From positions 1 to 64,000 of IMG/VR virus record IMGVR_UViG_3300021963_000074: a DNA stretch of 64,000 nucleotides, one strand, 5' to 3'. Shown piece by piece: positions 27,286 to 37,691 of the stretch. Made by a program: the position numbers and the translations under genes. The DNA comes from a virus. Position 1 is the first letter of the stretch. The number at the start of each line of letters is the position of its first letter. The notes under the pieces were generated by a model. That model was not told where the DNA came from. It saw only the letters and a program-made list of their open reading frames with translations, and did not search any database.

Positions 27286-27985
27286 ATTGTTCTGGGCGTT
27301 TCTCTAGTTTAAATCTACTCTTAACCATATCCCCAAACATAATACTAATCAAAGTAGTGATAGAATCATCGTTATAATCAATAAAATAATGACTAGAACA
27401 ATAGGGGCCATACCAGTAATATTGTTTAGATTTACCTAGTAACCAGTTATTTAGTGCATTACTGGGAACAATCACAGTTTCAGTATCTTTATATCTATCT
27501 ATAAATTTATATAAATCATCTTTAAATTTATCATCAACTCTTTTAGATTTTAAATAGATCCTATATTTGTGAGTGGGTTCTTTAACAAAATACTTAGTAC
27601 CCTTAGGTACCTCAGTGTCAACTTCGGTATAGTCAAACTCGCAATCAAAATTTTCTACCTGCTTTAAAAAATCTAAATCATTAGAAAATACAGATGCAAT
27701 ATTACCTTCCATACGTATTGTATGTGTGCGATCTTTACCAATAGGCAAAGAACTTTTCCAATCTAAAAATTTCTTAATACTTTCTATATTAGCATTTTTC
27801 CATCTAGTATTTCTATTAGAAAGGTATTCGTCAATGTTATGCGCTGATTTCACAAACCAGCACATTGTTATACCCTCACAATAAATCCTAGCCCTATAAT
27901 TATATTTGCCGTAATACAGACTACCGCGATTATCAATGTAGCCTACGCCATCATTGCGGATCGGTGTTAACTTTAATAATCCCAT
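27284..27985 (-). CDS. Hypothetical protein
   Basis: 233-aa ORF downstream of clpA. Confidence 0.6.
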   Translation of the reverse strand: MGLLKLTPIRNDGVGYIDNRGSLYYGKYNYRARIYCEGITMCWFVKSAHNIDEYLSNRNTRWKNANIESIKKFLDWKSSLPIGKDRTHTIRMEGNIASVFSNDLDFLKQVENFDCEFDYTEVDTEVPKGTKYFVKEPTHKYRIYLKSKRVDDKFKDDLYKFIDRYKDTETVIVPSNALNNWLLGKSKQYYWYGPYCSSHYFIDYNDDSITTLISIMFGDMVKSRFKLEKRPEQ

Positions 27986-30233
27986 CTTCCCCTACCTCTG
28001 CTGTTAATTTAGGTTGTACATCAAAAACAATTTCGTCATTCTCAATTCGTGTAAAAATTACGCTATTCTTAATCTTTTCAAATATGATTTTCTTACTCAA
28101 CGGTACTCTAATCAATGAATCAATCTTTCGTGCTAATGGTCTAGCACCCATTTTACTATCATATCCCTTTTCAGCTAGATATTCTACAACAGGTTCGCTT
28201 AATTGTAAGCTAATGTCGTGTGTATCTTTTAATGATTTCTTCAAGTCATCGGTAAATTTAATAACGATTTTTTTGATTGCTAGCATATCTAGTTTACCAA
28301 ACTTACAAATCAAGTCAATGCGATTCCTGAATTCAGGCTTGAAGAAATCTTTAAGTGCTTTATCATCTTCTCCGGTACGTTCTTGATTACCAAAGCCTAT
28401 CTGATTACGCTCACTATCACTTGCTCCCAAGTTACTGGTCATAATAATGATACAGTTTTTAGCATTAACTTCTTTGCCATTGGTACCAGTAACACGACCA
28501 TCATCAAGTAATTGCAAGAAGATGTTAAAGATATCTGGGTGTGCTTTTTCTACTTCATCAAATAGTAGAATACTATGCGGGTTCTTACTTAGGTCATTGA
28601 TAAGTTTACCACCACCCAAACTACCCTCACCGAATCCTACATATCCAGGGGGTGCGCCCAACAATGCTGACACATTGAACTTCTCTGAGTACTCACTCAT
28701 ATCATATTTCAATAATGTCATATCAAGATTCTTGCTTAATAGTCGAGCCAATTCTGTTTTACCAGTACCAGTTGGGCCTAAGAATAAGAAACTTGCCATT
28801 GGCTTAGTTTGAGTTCCAATACCTGCAAAACTTACATATATACGCTCAAGTACTTTATCTACTGTTTCCTCTTGTCCGTATAATCTATCTTTGATATTAC
28901 TCTCCAAAGCATGAATTCTATCATAGTTATCATCTTTGAGTTTATCTGCGGGCACACCAGCAATTCGTTCTACTTGCTCGTAAATCAATTCTTTAGTAAT
29001 ATCTGCACCCTTGTTTTCCAACACACGTTGTTTAGCACATGCCGCATCTAACAAATCAATTGACTTGTCTGGATTTTTACGGTCATGAATATAACGTGTA
29101 GCACTTTCTACTGCGGCAGTGATTGCATCATCAGTAATGTTTACATTATGAAATTCATTAAGCCTAACACTCAATCCAGTTAAGATTTTGATTGTGCTTT
29201 CAGTTGAAGGTTCATCAATACTGACCCTATAGAACCTGCGCATCAACGCACGATCTTTCTCAAAACTCTCGTAGTATTCTTCCCAAGTTGTGCTAGCAAT
29301 AACTTTTAGATTACCCTTAGTAATCGCTGGTTTAATCATGTTGGCAAAGTCTACTGAGCCGTTACTAGCACTTCCTGAACCCTTCATAGTATGTGCTTCG
29401 TCAATAAACAATATTGCTTTCTTCTTAGCTACCAGTGCTTCTAGTACTGCTTTGATTTTTTCTTCAAAGTCTCCCCGATACTTGCTACCGGCAAGTAAAT
29501 TGCCAACTTCAATACTGTATACTTCATGGTCTAACAAGAACTCGGGAACATTACCGTCTGAAATTTGCTGTGCAAGTCCTTCAGCAATTGCTGTTTTACC
29601 TACACCAGGATCACCAACCATCAATACATTTGACTTGAATCGTTTAGCTAGTACATTGATAATGTCATTCAATTCTGAACTACGACCGATCAATGGGTCT
29701 AATTTACCAGTACGTGCTAATTCGCTTAGATTGATAGTGTACTCATCCAAGATTTCGTTAGCTTGGCTATCAGTCAATTTAGCTGGTGTGTCGCTATTTT
29801 TATAATGTTTCTGCCAATATGGTACAAACTCATTTTTAGTTAAACCATATTTTAACAAGAAATAATGTGCATGGCTATTTGTTTCTGCACTGATACTTAG
29901 ATACAAGTCAATAGTAGTTACAACTTTTCTTCCTGTAAATAGTACCTGAGTGATACTACGATTCATTACACGTTCTAATGCATTAGTTTTACGTGGTTGA
30001 ATCTCTATCCCCGTAATATTTTTCTGTTCAATTGCTCGTAGATTATCAACATAGTTGACTAGTTCTTTGGTCATTGTTTCAGTATCAACACCATAATTAT
30101 CTAAACACTTTTTAAATGGTGCATGAGTTACTAATGATAGTAATAGATGTTCTATTGTGCAATATTCATGGCTACGTGCTTTAGCCAAATTAACGGCTTG
30201 TTCAATGATAACCTCAATTTCAGGACTGTTCAT
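27951..30233 (-). CDS. clpA: ATP-dependent Clp protease ATP-binding subunit ClpA
   Basis: Clp N-domain EHLLL; two AAA+ modules (GDPGVGKT, GPTGTGKT); IGF ClpP-docking loop (NQIGFG); no ClpB middle coiled coil. Confidence 0.9.
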   Translation of the reverse strand: MNSPEIEVIIEQAVNLAKARSHEYCTIEHLLLSLVTHAPFKKCLDNYGVDTETMTKELVNYVDNLRAIEQKNITGIEIQPRKTNALERVMNRSITQVLFTGRKVVTTIDLYLSISAETNSHAHYFLLKYGLTKNEFVPYWQKHYKNSDTPAKLTDSQANEILDEYTINLSELARTGKLDPLIGRSSELNDIINVLAKRFKSNVLMVGDPGVGKTAIAEGLAQQISDGNVPEFLLDHEVYSIEVGNLLAGSKYRGDFEEKIKAVLEALVAKKKAILFIDEAHTMKGSGSASNGSVDFANMIKPAITKGNLKVIASTTWEEYYESFEKDRALMRRFYRVSIDEPSTESTIKILTGLSVRLNEFHNVNITDDAITAAVESATRYIHDRKNPDKSIDLLDAACAKQRVLENKGADITKELIYEQVERIAGVPADKLKDDNYDRIHALESNIKDRLYGQEETVDKVLERIYVSFAGIGTQTKPMASFLFLGPTGTGKTELARLLSKNLDMTLLKYDMSEYSEKFNVSALLGAPPGYVGFGEGSLGGGKLINDLSKNPHSILLFDEVEKAHPDIFNIFLQLLDDGRVTGTNGKEVNAKNCIIIMTSNLGASDSERNQIGFGNQERTGEDDKALKDFFKPEFRNRIDLICKFGKLDMLAIKKIVIKFTDDLKKSLKDTHDISLQLSEPVVEYLAEKGYDSKMGARPLARKIDSLIRVPLSKKIIFEKIKNSVIFTRIENDEIVFDVQPKLTAEVGEDGIIKVNTDPQ

Positions 30234-30254
30234 ATTGTTTCCTTTTAATGGTAT

Positions 30255-31049
30255 TTACTTGCGTTTATATTGCAAAATGCTGTCAGTTATATGACTGTCT
30301 ATTGTATCAGGGATAAAGGGTTTAAGCAAGATGTATTGGTCACCAAATGATCCATTGAATGGTAATCCTTCTTTAGCCAAACGTAATTTGCTTCCAGGCT
30401 GTGATTTTTCTGGGACGGTAACATCTAATAGTTTACCCGAAACAGTATGAAACTTAAATGAAGAACCTACAATCAAATCAAAGATATCAATTTCATGTAC
30501 TGAATATAGATGCGGACCTTCTCTTTCAAATCTGTTATGAGGCATTACTCTAAATTCTACTAGAAGAATTCCATCTTTAATAAGATTATCATAGCGCATT
30601 GTTGCACCATCGTCTACCCCTACGGGTATCTGAATCTTAATGATTTCAGGTCCTTGCGGAGAGTTGAATTGTAATACTTGCTCACCGCCGGTATATACTT
30701 GTTCCAATGTAACTTGAACTGTGGTTCTATAGTTTGGTCTCATGTTTCTATGTTGTTGACCAAACATCTGACCAAAGATATCGTTCATATTGAAACCATT
30801 CATATGAAACTGAAATCCTCCGGGGAATCCTCCAGGCATACCACCTCCGGGTCCAAAAGGATTTGGATTATCATATTGTTGTTTTTTTCCAGGATCGCTT
30901 AATGTTTCATAAGCCTGCTGAATTTTTTGAAATTCGGCAGTGTCTCCACCTTTGTCAGGATGGTGAATTCCTGCCATTCGTCTGTATGCTTTTTTAATGT
31001 CATCTGGGGTGGCGTTTTTAGCAACGCCCAATGTTGAGTAGTGGTCCAT
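30255..31049 (-). CDS. dnaJ: DnaJ/CbpA-like J-domain co-chaperone
   Basis: J domain with HPD, G/F-rich linker and DnaJ C-terminal domain; no zinc finger. Confidence 0.88.
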   Translation of the reverse strand: MDHYSTLGVAKNATPDDIKKAYRRMAGIHHPDKGGDTAEFQKIQQAYETLSDPGKKQQYDNPNPFGPGGGMPGGFPGGFQFHMNGFNMNDIFGQMFGQQHRNMRPNYRTTVQVTLEQVYTGGEQVLQFNSPQGPEIIKIQIPVGVDDGATMRYDNLIKDGILLVEFRVMPHNRFEREGPHLYSVHEIDIFDLIVGSSFKFHTVSGKLLDVTVPEKSQPGSKLRLAKEGLPFNGSFGDQYILLKPFIPDTIDSHITDSILQYKRK

Positions 31050-31056
31050 AATATTG

Positions 31057-31085
31057 ATTATAGCACGTTAAATGTGCTAAGTCAA
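31057..31085 (-). promoter_or_regulatory. sigma70-type promoter with palindromic operator in the spacer
   Basis: TTGACT-N17-TATAAT with extended TG; TAGCAC-N7-GTGCTA inverted repeat. Confidence 0.75.
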
Positions 31086-31088
31086 TAT

Positions 31089-31724
31089 TTATGAAGCTAC
31101 TCCGGCTACTTTTTCTTTTGTACGACCGTATGCGGCGATACCTAGAACTGCACCCATTGCAATATGGTACAAACCAGCGCCTTGCAATGTTAATGGTTGC
31201 CATTGACTTGTAACTTGACCCTTACTCAGTGCTTGTAATAAACTCCATAGAACAGGGAATATAACAAAGTCACAAGTGCATGTCAACATATAGATCCAAC
31301 CCATCATTGGGCGCATTTTCTTATTGATCCAATCTGTAGAACCTTGATCTAATGCTACAGTTGATTCTGCCCCACCCTTTACAGCGGCTTCTGCTCCTGC
31401 GGTGAGGTTAGGTGTTGGGCTAGATGGTGCTGCTCCAGCTCCAAAGCTACTTCCACTTCCGCCTCCCAATGGTTGTGATCCAAAACTATTTGTGACTGGG
31501 GGTACTGCACCAAAACCTGGGCTGGTGGTACCGAATCCTGTTGACGCAGGCGCGCCAAATGTTGAAGCGCTGGTTGTTGTGCTGGCTGTTGCATTGGTTT
31601 CTCCGAATGAACTACCCTGAGGGAATTGATTTATATTAGGATCAGTTGCTAATGCATCATGGTGTTCATCATCGGTTGCAATAGGAACTTCTTGTCCTGC
31701 TTTTTTTGCTAGTAATGTAGCCAT
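31089..31724 (-). CDS. Holin-like membrane protein (GTA-type 3TM holin family) with low-complexity N-terminus
   Basis: WINKKMRPMMGW...MGAVLGIAAYGRTKEK. Confidence 0.65.
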   Translation of the reverse strand: MATLLAKKAGQEVPIATDDEHHDALATDPNINQFPQGSSFGETNATASTTTSASTFGAPASTGFGTTSPGFGAVPPVTNSFGSQPLGGGSGSSFGAGAAPSSPTPNLTAGAEAAVKGGAESTVALDQGSTDWINKKMRPMMGWIYMLTCTCDFVIFPVLWSLLQALSKGQVTSQWQPLTLQGAGLYHIAMGAVLGIAAYGRTKEKVAGVAS

Positions 31725-31725
31725 A

Positions 31726-32265
31726 TTATAATCCTGCCTTTGCTATAAAATCTTTTAATATACTATCTGGCTGACTATAAATCTTTTTCTGATTCATACC
31801 AGATAAATTACGCATCTCATTTAAATCTGTTTCTTTTGTTTTACGATATTCATGTGGACTCAATATCATAACAGATTTCAACTGTGAAGCATCACAATCA
31901 TATTGATTATCTTCGTAATTGACTGTCCATTCTTTTAATGGCAAATCAGTTAATGTTGCCATATCATCAATTAATTCACAAATTCTTTCAGGTACAGATG
32001 TTCTTCTGTCCATTTCTACAAATACTAAATATTTGCCGGAACTTATTTCTCCGTCACTTACTTGTGAATCCAATACCCAATCATATCCTCTTTCAAACCA
32101 ATCAACTAAATCTTCTCCAACTTGACGACCTTTAACAGTAAATGCTAATGTAACAATTTCGTCATCATCGCCCATTTTAGCGGCATATTCATCAACTGTT
32201 ATTTCTGGTACTATCTGATCTACTAAATCATGGTAATCAAAACCTTCATTAAGAATCTTAGACAT
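31726..32265 (-). CDS. Hypothetical protein
   Basis: 179-aa ORF with MSKILNE leader. Confidence 0.6.
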   Translation of the reverse strand: MSKILNEGFDYHDLVDQIVPEITVDEYAAKMGDDDEIVTLAFTVKGRQVGEDLVDWFERGYDWVLDSQVSDGEISSGKYLVFVEMDRRTSVPERICELIDDMATLTDLPLKEWTVNYEDNQYDCDASQLKSVMILSPHEYRKTKETDLNEMRNLSGMNQKKIYSQPDSILKDFIAKAGL

Positions 32266-32888
32266 TACATGCCTCCCATTGCCGGTGCTTGTCCGGGTGC
32301 TGGAGGTAACCCTCCCATAGCGCCCAGATCTGGGCCGGCCCCTTGAGTTTGACTATCTTCAGTTTCACTACCTTCAGTATCTAAATCATTTTCGTATGCT
32401 GAATCTAATTCATCCAAGTCAATGTTTTGACCAGCTAAATCAATACTTCCCTCACGAATGTCATTCATCAAGTCTTTTGGCATTTCAATGCGGATAAGCC
32501 AAATTTCACGTTCTATCATCTTAGGATAATGAGTTCCGGGCTTAAAGTCACTTGGATTTTTAATCTCAATAGGAACTTTGATTTTTGTCTTTTTGAATTT
32601 GATGTTGCACCCTACAGATAACAATCTTTTAGCACCCCTTGGATCGGGCATAAGTTTTAGTGGATACATAAAGGTACAATCAACACTATACCTTTTAACA
32701 TTAGGGCCAGCAACTAATTCACCCAATTCCCAATTACGGTATGCATATAAGTCGCTTTCATCCAAAACTCGTTCAAAATCAAGCAAGGTGCTCATTGATC
32801 CATCACTAGTGTAGATGCCCTTAATGGTACTGACGATACTCTCAAAATTGATATCGTCAAAGAATTCGTCTGCTTTTAATTTGCTCAT
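32265..32888 (-). CDS. Hypothetical protein
   Basis: Start re-assigned to ATG 32888 (MSKLK) just after late promoter GATAAATAC. Confidence 0.6.
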   Translation of the reverse strand: MSKLKADEFFDDINFESIVSTIKGIYTSDGSMSTLLDFERVLDESDLYAYRNWELGELVAGPNVKRYSVDCTFMYPLKLMPDPRGAKRLLSVGCNIKFKKTKIKVPIEIKNPSDFKPGTHYPKMIEREIWLIRIEMPKDLMNDIREGSIDLAGQNIDLDELDSAYENDLDTEGSETEDSQTQGAGPDLGAMGGLPPAPGQAPAMGGM

Positions 32889-33055
32889 AGTTGTATTTAT
32901 CACATAATGCTATTTGTGTAAGCATTTAAATTTTTAAGATTAGCCTAATATTTATCAAAAAACTTTCAGTAAAGACTATCATACTATGACGCTGGCCATT
33001 GCCTTTAAATAACATTGAGTTTTATGAGAACTCATGCTCTACAAAGGAGAATATT

Positions 33056-33838
33056 TTGAGCAAAAGAAAGACAGGCGCTTTACGCAATCAGGAACAAGAC
33101 ACAAGATACTCACACAGCAAAAAACACGATTCACACACATTTTATGTAAAGGAAAATAAAACAATCAACTTCGACCAAAGTCGTATTAAATTGGACAAAA
33201 GACCAATTCAATTAATACCAAAATCAGTTAATCAAGAAAAATACATACTCGCACTACTTGACCAAAATACAGATATTGTTGTGGTTGGTGGTCCAGCGGG
33301 TACAGGTAAAACTTATCTAGCAATGCTGGCTGCTATCAAAGCACTAAAAGCAGGAGAGGTTGACCGTATTATTCTTACAAGACCAGCTGTAGGTGTTGAA
33401 GATGAAAAACATGGATTCTTGCCCGGCGATCTAAATCAAAAAATGGAGCCGTGGACTAGACCTTTGTTAGATGTTTTACGTGAGTATTATACGGTAAGGG
33501 AAATCGCCCACATGCTAGAAGAACAGATAGTCGAAATTGCACCCCTAGCATTCTGTCGAGGTCGAAACTTTAAAAATAGCTATATCGTATTGGATGAAGC
33601 GCAAAATGCAACACCTGGTCAACTCAAGATGATTATGACTAGAATCGGCGTTGGTAGTAAGATTGTAATTACTGGCGACATTGAACAAGCCGATAGAAAA
33701 ACAGCCGACAATGGGCTACTAGACTTACAAAATCGATTGAGAAAGGGGGTGATACCAGGGTTGCAGATATGTCAATTTGAACTAAAAGATGTTCAACGAC
33801 ACAAAATAATAGAGCATGTACTAAACTTGTACAGTTAA
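33056..33838 (+). CDS. phoH: PhoH-family ATPase
   Basis: GPAGTGKT, ILTRPAV, GFLPG, RGRNF, LDEAQN, TGDIEQAD; probable TTG start at 33056 after SD AAGGAG. Confidence 0.95.
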   Translation: MSKRKTGALRNQEQDTRYSHSKKHDSHTFYVKENKTINFDQSRIKLDKRPIQLIPKSVNQEKYILALLDQNTDIVVVGGPAGTGKTYLAMLAAIKALKAGEVDRIILTRPAVGVEDEKHGFLPGDLNQKMEPWTRPLLDVLREYYTVREIAHMLEEQIVEIAPLAFCRGRNFKNSYIVLDEAQNATPGQLKMIMTRIGVGSKIVITGDIEQADRKTADNGLLDLQNRLRKGVIPGLQICQFELKDVQRHKIIEHVLNLYS

Positions 33839-33862
33839 AAAAAGGGGCATTCGCCCCTTTTT
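33837..33862. terminator. Bidirectional rho-independent terminator
   Basis: A-tract-GGGGC-ATTC-GCCCC-T-tract between convergent genes. Confidence 0.85.
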
Positions 33863-34121
33863 ATTCGTCATTATCACTGAATTGTTTCTCTATCCGATCA
33901 ATCGCATCAGGATAAACTTGGTAAAAGTAATTACGCAATCTTTCCCAATCGGTATCTAATTTTTTACCTTGGATTATGCATTTCACTACTTTCTTTTCTT
34001 CAAAGTCCATAATTACATTACAGGTTTGATGGTCCCTATCCTTAATAGTTTTTGAAATCTCCACTTGTTCATCAATCTGTCCAGTTGCTTTGAACAAGTA
34101 AGTAATTAATATATATCTCAT
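33861..34121 (-). CDS. Hypothetical protein
   Basis: 86-aa ORF after the clamp loader. Confidence 0.6.
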   Translation of the reverse strand: MRYILITYLFKATGQIDEQVEISKTIKDRDHQTCNVIMDFEEKKVVKCIIQGKKLDTDWERLRNYFYQVYPDAIDRIEKQFSDNDE

Positions 34122-34125
34122 AATT

Positions 34126-35049
34126 TTATCCTGTAAGTTCTATTAGTGTAGCAGCCAAACTAATCTCAGGTATTCCGACTAAACTCAAATTAGCCAAACC
34201 ATTGCGAATGACAATAATACTAGCATCACGTTTCTCATTTGTATTGCCCCACAATTCTAAATTATTGTACATCCAACGATATAAATCTTCTAGTCGGCTA
34301 GGATACAAACTTAGATATTGTAACAGTATCTGTCGTCCTTCATAAATCTTACCACTCTTAAACAATGAAGTTGCTTCTACTAGTAATTCATCTTCACTGT
34401 TAGTTTGATTAGAAGTTGATATTAATTTACCACTACTACTATTTACTTGTAATTGATTTAAACACTTACGCAAATCTGGATAAGTAGCACTTACATAGTT
34501 ATCCAATGCATCTAAATCAAACTCAATATTCTCAGTTACCAACACAGTAGCCGCACGTGCAGTAAATTCAGTCTTATCTGTTTTACTGATGTGAAATTCA
34601 TGGCATCTGCTCTTAAGTGCAGGGATAATTCTATGTTGATAATTACAAGTCAAAATGAATCGTGCAGTCATATGATATGCTTCCATATCATTACGCAATG
34701 CTGCCTGACCTGCTGGGGTCAAATAATCTGCTTCGTCAAGCAATACAACTTTAAACTTGCCAAAAGGCATAGTCTGCACAAATCCTACAATACGGTCACG
34801 CACAACATCAACACTATTTTCACGACTAGCATTGATTTCTAGAATATCATATTCTTCAATACCAAGTTCATTAATAAGTACTTTTGCAAGAGTAGTTTTA
34901 CCAGTACCCGGGTCACCGCTTAACAATAGATGAGGAATGCTTCCATCTTTGATCCAACCCTCTACTTGCTGTTTCTGATTCTCATTAACAAAAACATAAT
35001 CTTCTACTGTTTTAGGGCGATACTTTTCTACCCAAAGTTGATTCTTCAT
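34126..35049 (-). CDS. gp44: Clamp loader AAA+ subunit (gp44/RFC-like)
   Basis: LWVEKYRP, GDPGTGKTT, LDEADYL, ALKSRC. Confidence 0.93.
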   Translation of the reverse strand: MKNQLWVEKYRPKTVEDYVFVNENQKQQVEGWIKDGSIPHLLLSGDPGTGKTTLAKVLINELGIEEYDILEINASRENSVDVVRDRIVGFVQTMPFGKFKVVLLDEADYLTPAGQAALRNDMEAYHMTARFILTCNYQHRIIPALKSRCHEFHISKTDKTEFTARAATVLVTENIEFDLDALDNYVSATYPDLRKCLNQLQVNSSSGKLISTSNQTNSEDELLVEATSLFKSGKIYEGRQILLQYLSLYPSRLEDLYRWMYNNLELWGNTNEKRDASIIVIRNGLANLSLVGIPEISLAATLIELTG

Positions 35050-35324
35050 TTGCGTAACATTTCATAAGTTATAATGTGTGCGATACTTTGACCCAAGTCT
35101 TGGTCACTAGTGATGATATGCAATCTACGGTCGTTTCTGTCATTCTTTTCATCGTACTGACTATACTGCATAATATGCCCACCAACTGCACTCATAATAG
35201 TAAAATTCATACCATTTCCCTCAATTTCCCTATCTCTAATTGAGATTAAACGACTGGATTTTGTTTGCTCCACTACATCTTCTTCAAAAATCCAACTGCG
35301 TAATTTACGTTTTAACCAATTCAT
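35046..35324 (-). CDS. Hypothetical protein
   Basis: 92 aa with ATGA coupling on both sides. Confidence 0.6.
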   Translation of the reverse strand: MNWLKRKLRSWIFEEDVVEQTKSSRLISIRDREIEGNGMNFTIMSAVGGHIMQYSQYDEKNDRNDRRLHIITSDQDLGQSIAHIITYEMLRK

Positions 35325-35854
35325 TCTTCTTCCTTTTTACCTTCTTTTGGTTTATCAAAGGGCCATTTGGCTGTTTCAATAGTGGACGCAAGTTCGGGTC
35401 CAAATGGCCACTGAGTGGGTTTTTCTAGCATTGCTATTGCCTCAGCATCATTAGAACTTTCAACTACTTCCCCAGTGTCTACGTTTTCAATGATTAGGTC
35501 ACAATCAATAATCATTTCACATTCATCCTGACTCCAACCATGTTCTTCTAAGTCAAGCCAGCTATTACCTTCTTCAAAGAATTCTTCTAGCCATGCTTGT
35601 GTTTCTTCGTCACACTCATCCATGTCGTGTTCTTCCCAACATCCGTCACTTGTTTCAACAAGTTCAGCCTCGTATCCACAATTGTAGATATCTACTCCGG
35701 ATTCAATGTCTGGTGGATTGTCATCGTCTGTATAAACAGTAAATTCTCCCCAGCGCCAGCCAGTTTCAATCATTACTCTGTTATCATCTTTTGTAAAGTA
35801 ATTACGTTCAATGATTGATTTTTTCCATTCAGGTTTAACACTCCACGTTGCCAT
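35321..35854 (-). CDS. Acidic hypothetical protein
   Basis: Start re-assigned to MATWS at 35854 (SD AAGGAG); D/E/W-rich. Confidence 0.6.
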   Translation of the reverse strand: MATWSVKPEWKKSIIERNYFTKDDNRVMIETGWRWGEFTVYTDDDNPPDIESGVDIYNCGYEAELVETSDGCWEEHDMDECDEETQAWLEEFFEEGNSWLDLEEHGWSQDECEMIIDCDLIIENVDTGEVVESSNDAEAIAMLEKPTQWPFGPELASTIETAKWPFDKPKEGKKEEE

Positions 35855-35855
35855 T

Positions 35856-36224
35856 TTAATCTCCTTTGTCTGAAATGTATTCGTCTTGCATAGGTTCGTC
35901 ACTAACTAGCAGTATATCATTAGAATCAACTCTACGCAACGTCTTTTTACCCTCTTCATCTTCAATATCAATTCCTCTTGTCCAGCGACCGTGAGCAATA
36001 CAAATATATTGACCAATTTTCAAATCACCGTCATACTCTGGTCCAAACTTATAAATCTGTGCCCAACGAGGACGAATGCCAGTACCCTTCATATCATCAT
36101 TCAACAAAATAATACCACTTGTAGTAATACGCTGGTCAAAATGCATATCGGTTACAACAATATAATCCTTAATAGGCTTAAATTGTTCTTTATTAAATTT
36201 ATGTGCTTCAAATGCTAATTTCAC
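35856..36224 (-). CDS. groES: GroES/Cpn10-like co-chaperonin
   Basis: KPIKDYIVV...TTSGIIL mobile loop, LKIGQYI, DILLV. Confidence 0.75.
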   Translation of the reverse strand: MKLAFEAHKFNKEQFKPIKDYIVVTDMHFDQRITTSGIILLNDDMKGTGIRPRWAQIYKFGPEYDGDLKIGQYICIAHGRWTRGIDIEDEEGKKTLRRVDSNDILLVSDEPMQDEYISDKGD

Positions 36225-36523
36225 TTTTTAATATCCTCATCGTTATCAAATAATTCTTTCTCTTCCGAAGTCAAATCTTCTATTGCACTGGGCTTTGGAA
36301 TATTCACTGGCTTATTAACAGCATTTGGCTGTCGCTGACCAATTGCTTTTTGATAGTTGTTTTTCACACGTTTGGTACTGTCTTTAATAACTTGGTTGTT
36401 ACTATCAACAATGTCACCACGGGCGTTTACATTCATATTTCCCACTGCTCTGACTTTTTCATTCTTTGCGGCTAAACGGCTCATATCAACCATTTTGCCC
36501 TGTGCTGTTCTATATGCTGGCAT
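36221..36523 (-). CDS. Hypothetical protein
   Basis: 100 aa; AVGNMNVNARGD motif; SD AGGAG. Confidence 0.6.
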   Translation of the reverse strand: MPAYRTAQGKMVDMSRLAAKNEKVRAVGNMNVNARGDIVDSNNQVIKDSTKRVKNNYQKAIGQRQPNAVNKPVNIPKPSAIEDLTSEEKELFDNDEDIKK

Positions 36524-36532
36524 AATTTTCTC

Positions 36533-37057
36533 CTATTTTAAAAATTCATCTATTGATAAATCATAATGTATGCTATTTATTCTGTGGATCCCTATCAAAT
36601 ACAGAACATAACTGCTAACACTACTGCCCCTACCTACTCCCCAAACAATATTATGTTCACGCATCGTATCCACTAGATACTTGCAGTAACGCAATAGTGG
36701 GAACATATCACGTTCTAAAAATAGAATTAATTCACTTCCAGTTCGTTGTAGTTCTTCATCTGTTTTACACTTATCTAAAACATATTTGGCTATGTCTAAC
36801 TCTTTGTATTCTTCGGGTACAAACCAGTTATTCTGATTTAGTGTATCAAATGTTTCAATATCTATATCTAACTCAGAGTATGTGACTAGATTTGGAAACA
36901 CCATATCTATAGGTGATAGCAAATCTAACTCTGGGTTATTAATAGGTGATTCTATGATTGCGTTTTTAACGATTATGGTAGGGTCAGCTAAAAAAATATG
37001 ACATAGGTCATTTTCATTTAGAATTTGTCTACTGTACTTGTCAATTCGCATACACAA
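36533..37057 (-). CDS. Stand-alone fragment of DNA polymerase III alpha (DnaE-like)
   Basis: WGVGRGSSVSSYVLYLIGIHRINSIHYDL matches the DnaE GxGRGS..S.V.Y.LGIT.IDP...L motif; ends before the catalytic PDxD. Confidence 0.75.
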   Translation of the reverse strand: MCMRIDKYSRQILNENDLCHIFLADPTIIVKNAIIESPINNPELDLLSPIDMVFPNLVTYSELDIDIETFDTLNQNNWFVPEEYKELDIAKYVLDKCKTDEELQRTGSELILFLERDMFPLLRYCKYLVDTMREHNIVWGVGRGSSVSSYVLYLIGIHRINSIHYDLSIDEFLK

Positions 37058-37088
37058 CTATAACACGTTTGTGTGTATGATGCAACCT

Positions 37089-37691
37089 CTATTTGTCCGT
37101 TTTCTCAAACGAGGCATACAATATTTCGGAAGCGTCAGAGGTAACTTTCTTGTCTTTCCAATTCAATGATATCTCATCCCAGTTGCTAACTGTTTTGGTT
37201 AACTTAACAATTTTCTTTTTGGATTTAATCATCTTGTTGGTTATCTTTAAATTATTTTCACGCCACCAACCTTTAGTTCCGAAAGGACCTGTATTTTCTT
37301 CAATGCTATGTAAGCAACTTACACCATCACTCATTTTGCTTGTGATTTGGATATCATGTATTAACAATCTACCCTCAGTAATAGCATTTAACTTTACTAA
37401 CAACATGATACCAATAATTTGATCGTATGGTTCTTCTGGTAGAACACATATCTTCAAACCTGCATCATTCAACTGTTCTATTATCTCTGTATTTTGGTCG
37501 TGAACAAATACAGCGTTTTCTAATACTACATGAATAAAGTATTTTATTCTATCCAATGCTATGTTTTGTTCTTGGATAGATTCGGACTCTACAGTACAAT
37601 TGATATCAATATCATAAATGTTCATGTAAAATTCATTTTCATAATACATACCAGATACAAACTGGAAATCTTTTTGAATTCTAGCGGTCAT
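37089..37691 (-). CDS. Hypothetical protein
   Basis: 200-aa ORF, coupled to upstream gene. Confidence 0.6.
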   Translation of the reverse strand: MTARIQKDFQFVSGMYYENEFYMNIYDIDINCTVESESIQEQNIALDRIKYFIHVVLENAVFVHDQNTEIIEQLNDAGLKICVLPEEPYDQIIGIMLLVKLNAITEGRLLIHDIQITSKMSDGVSCLHSIEENTGPFGTKGWWRENNLKITNKMIKSKKKIVKLTKTVSNWDEISLNWKDKKVTSDASEILYASFEKTDK

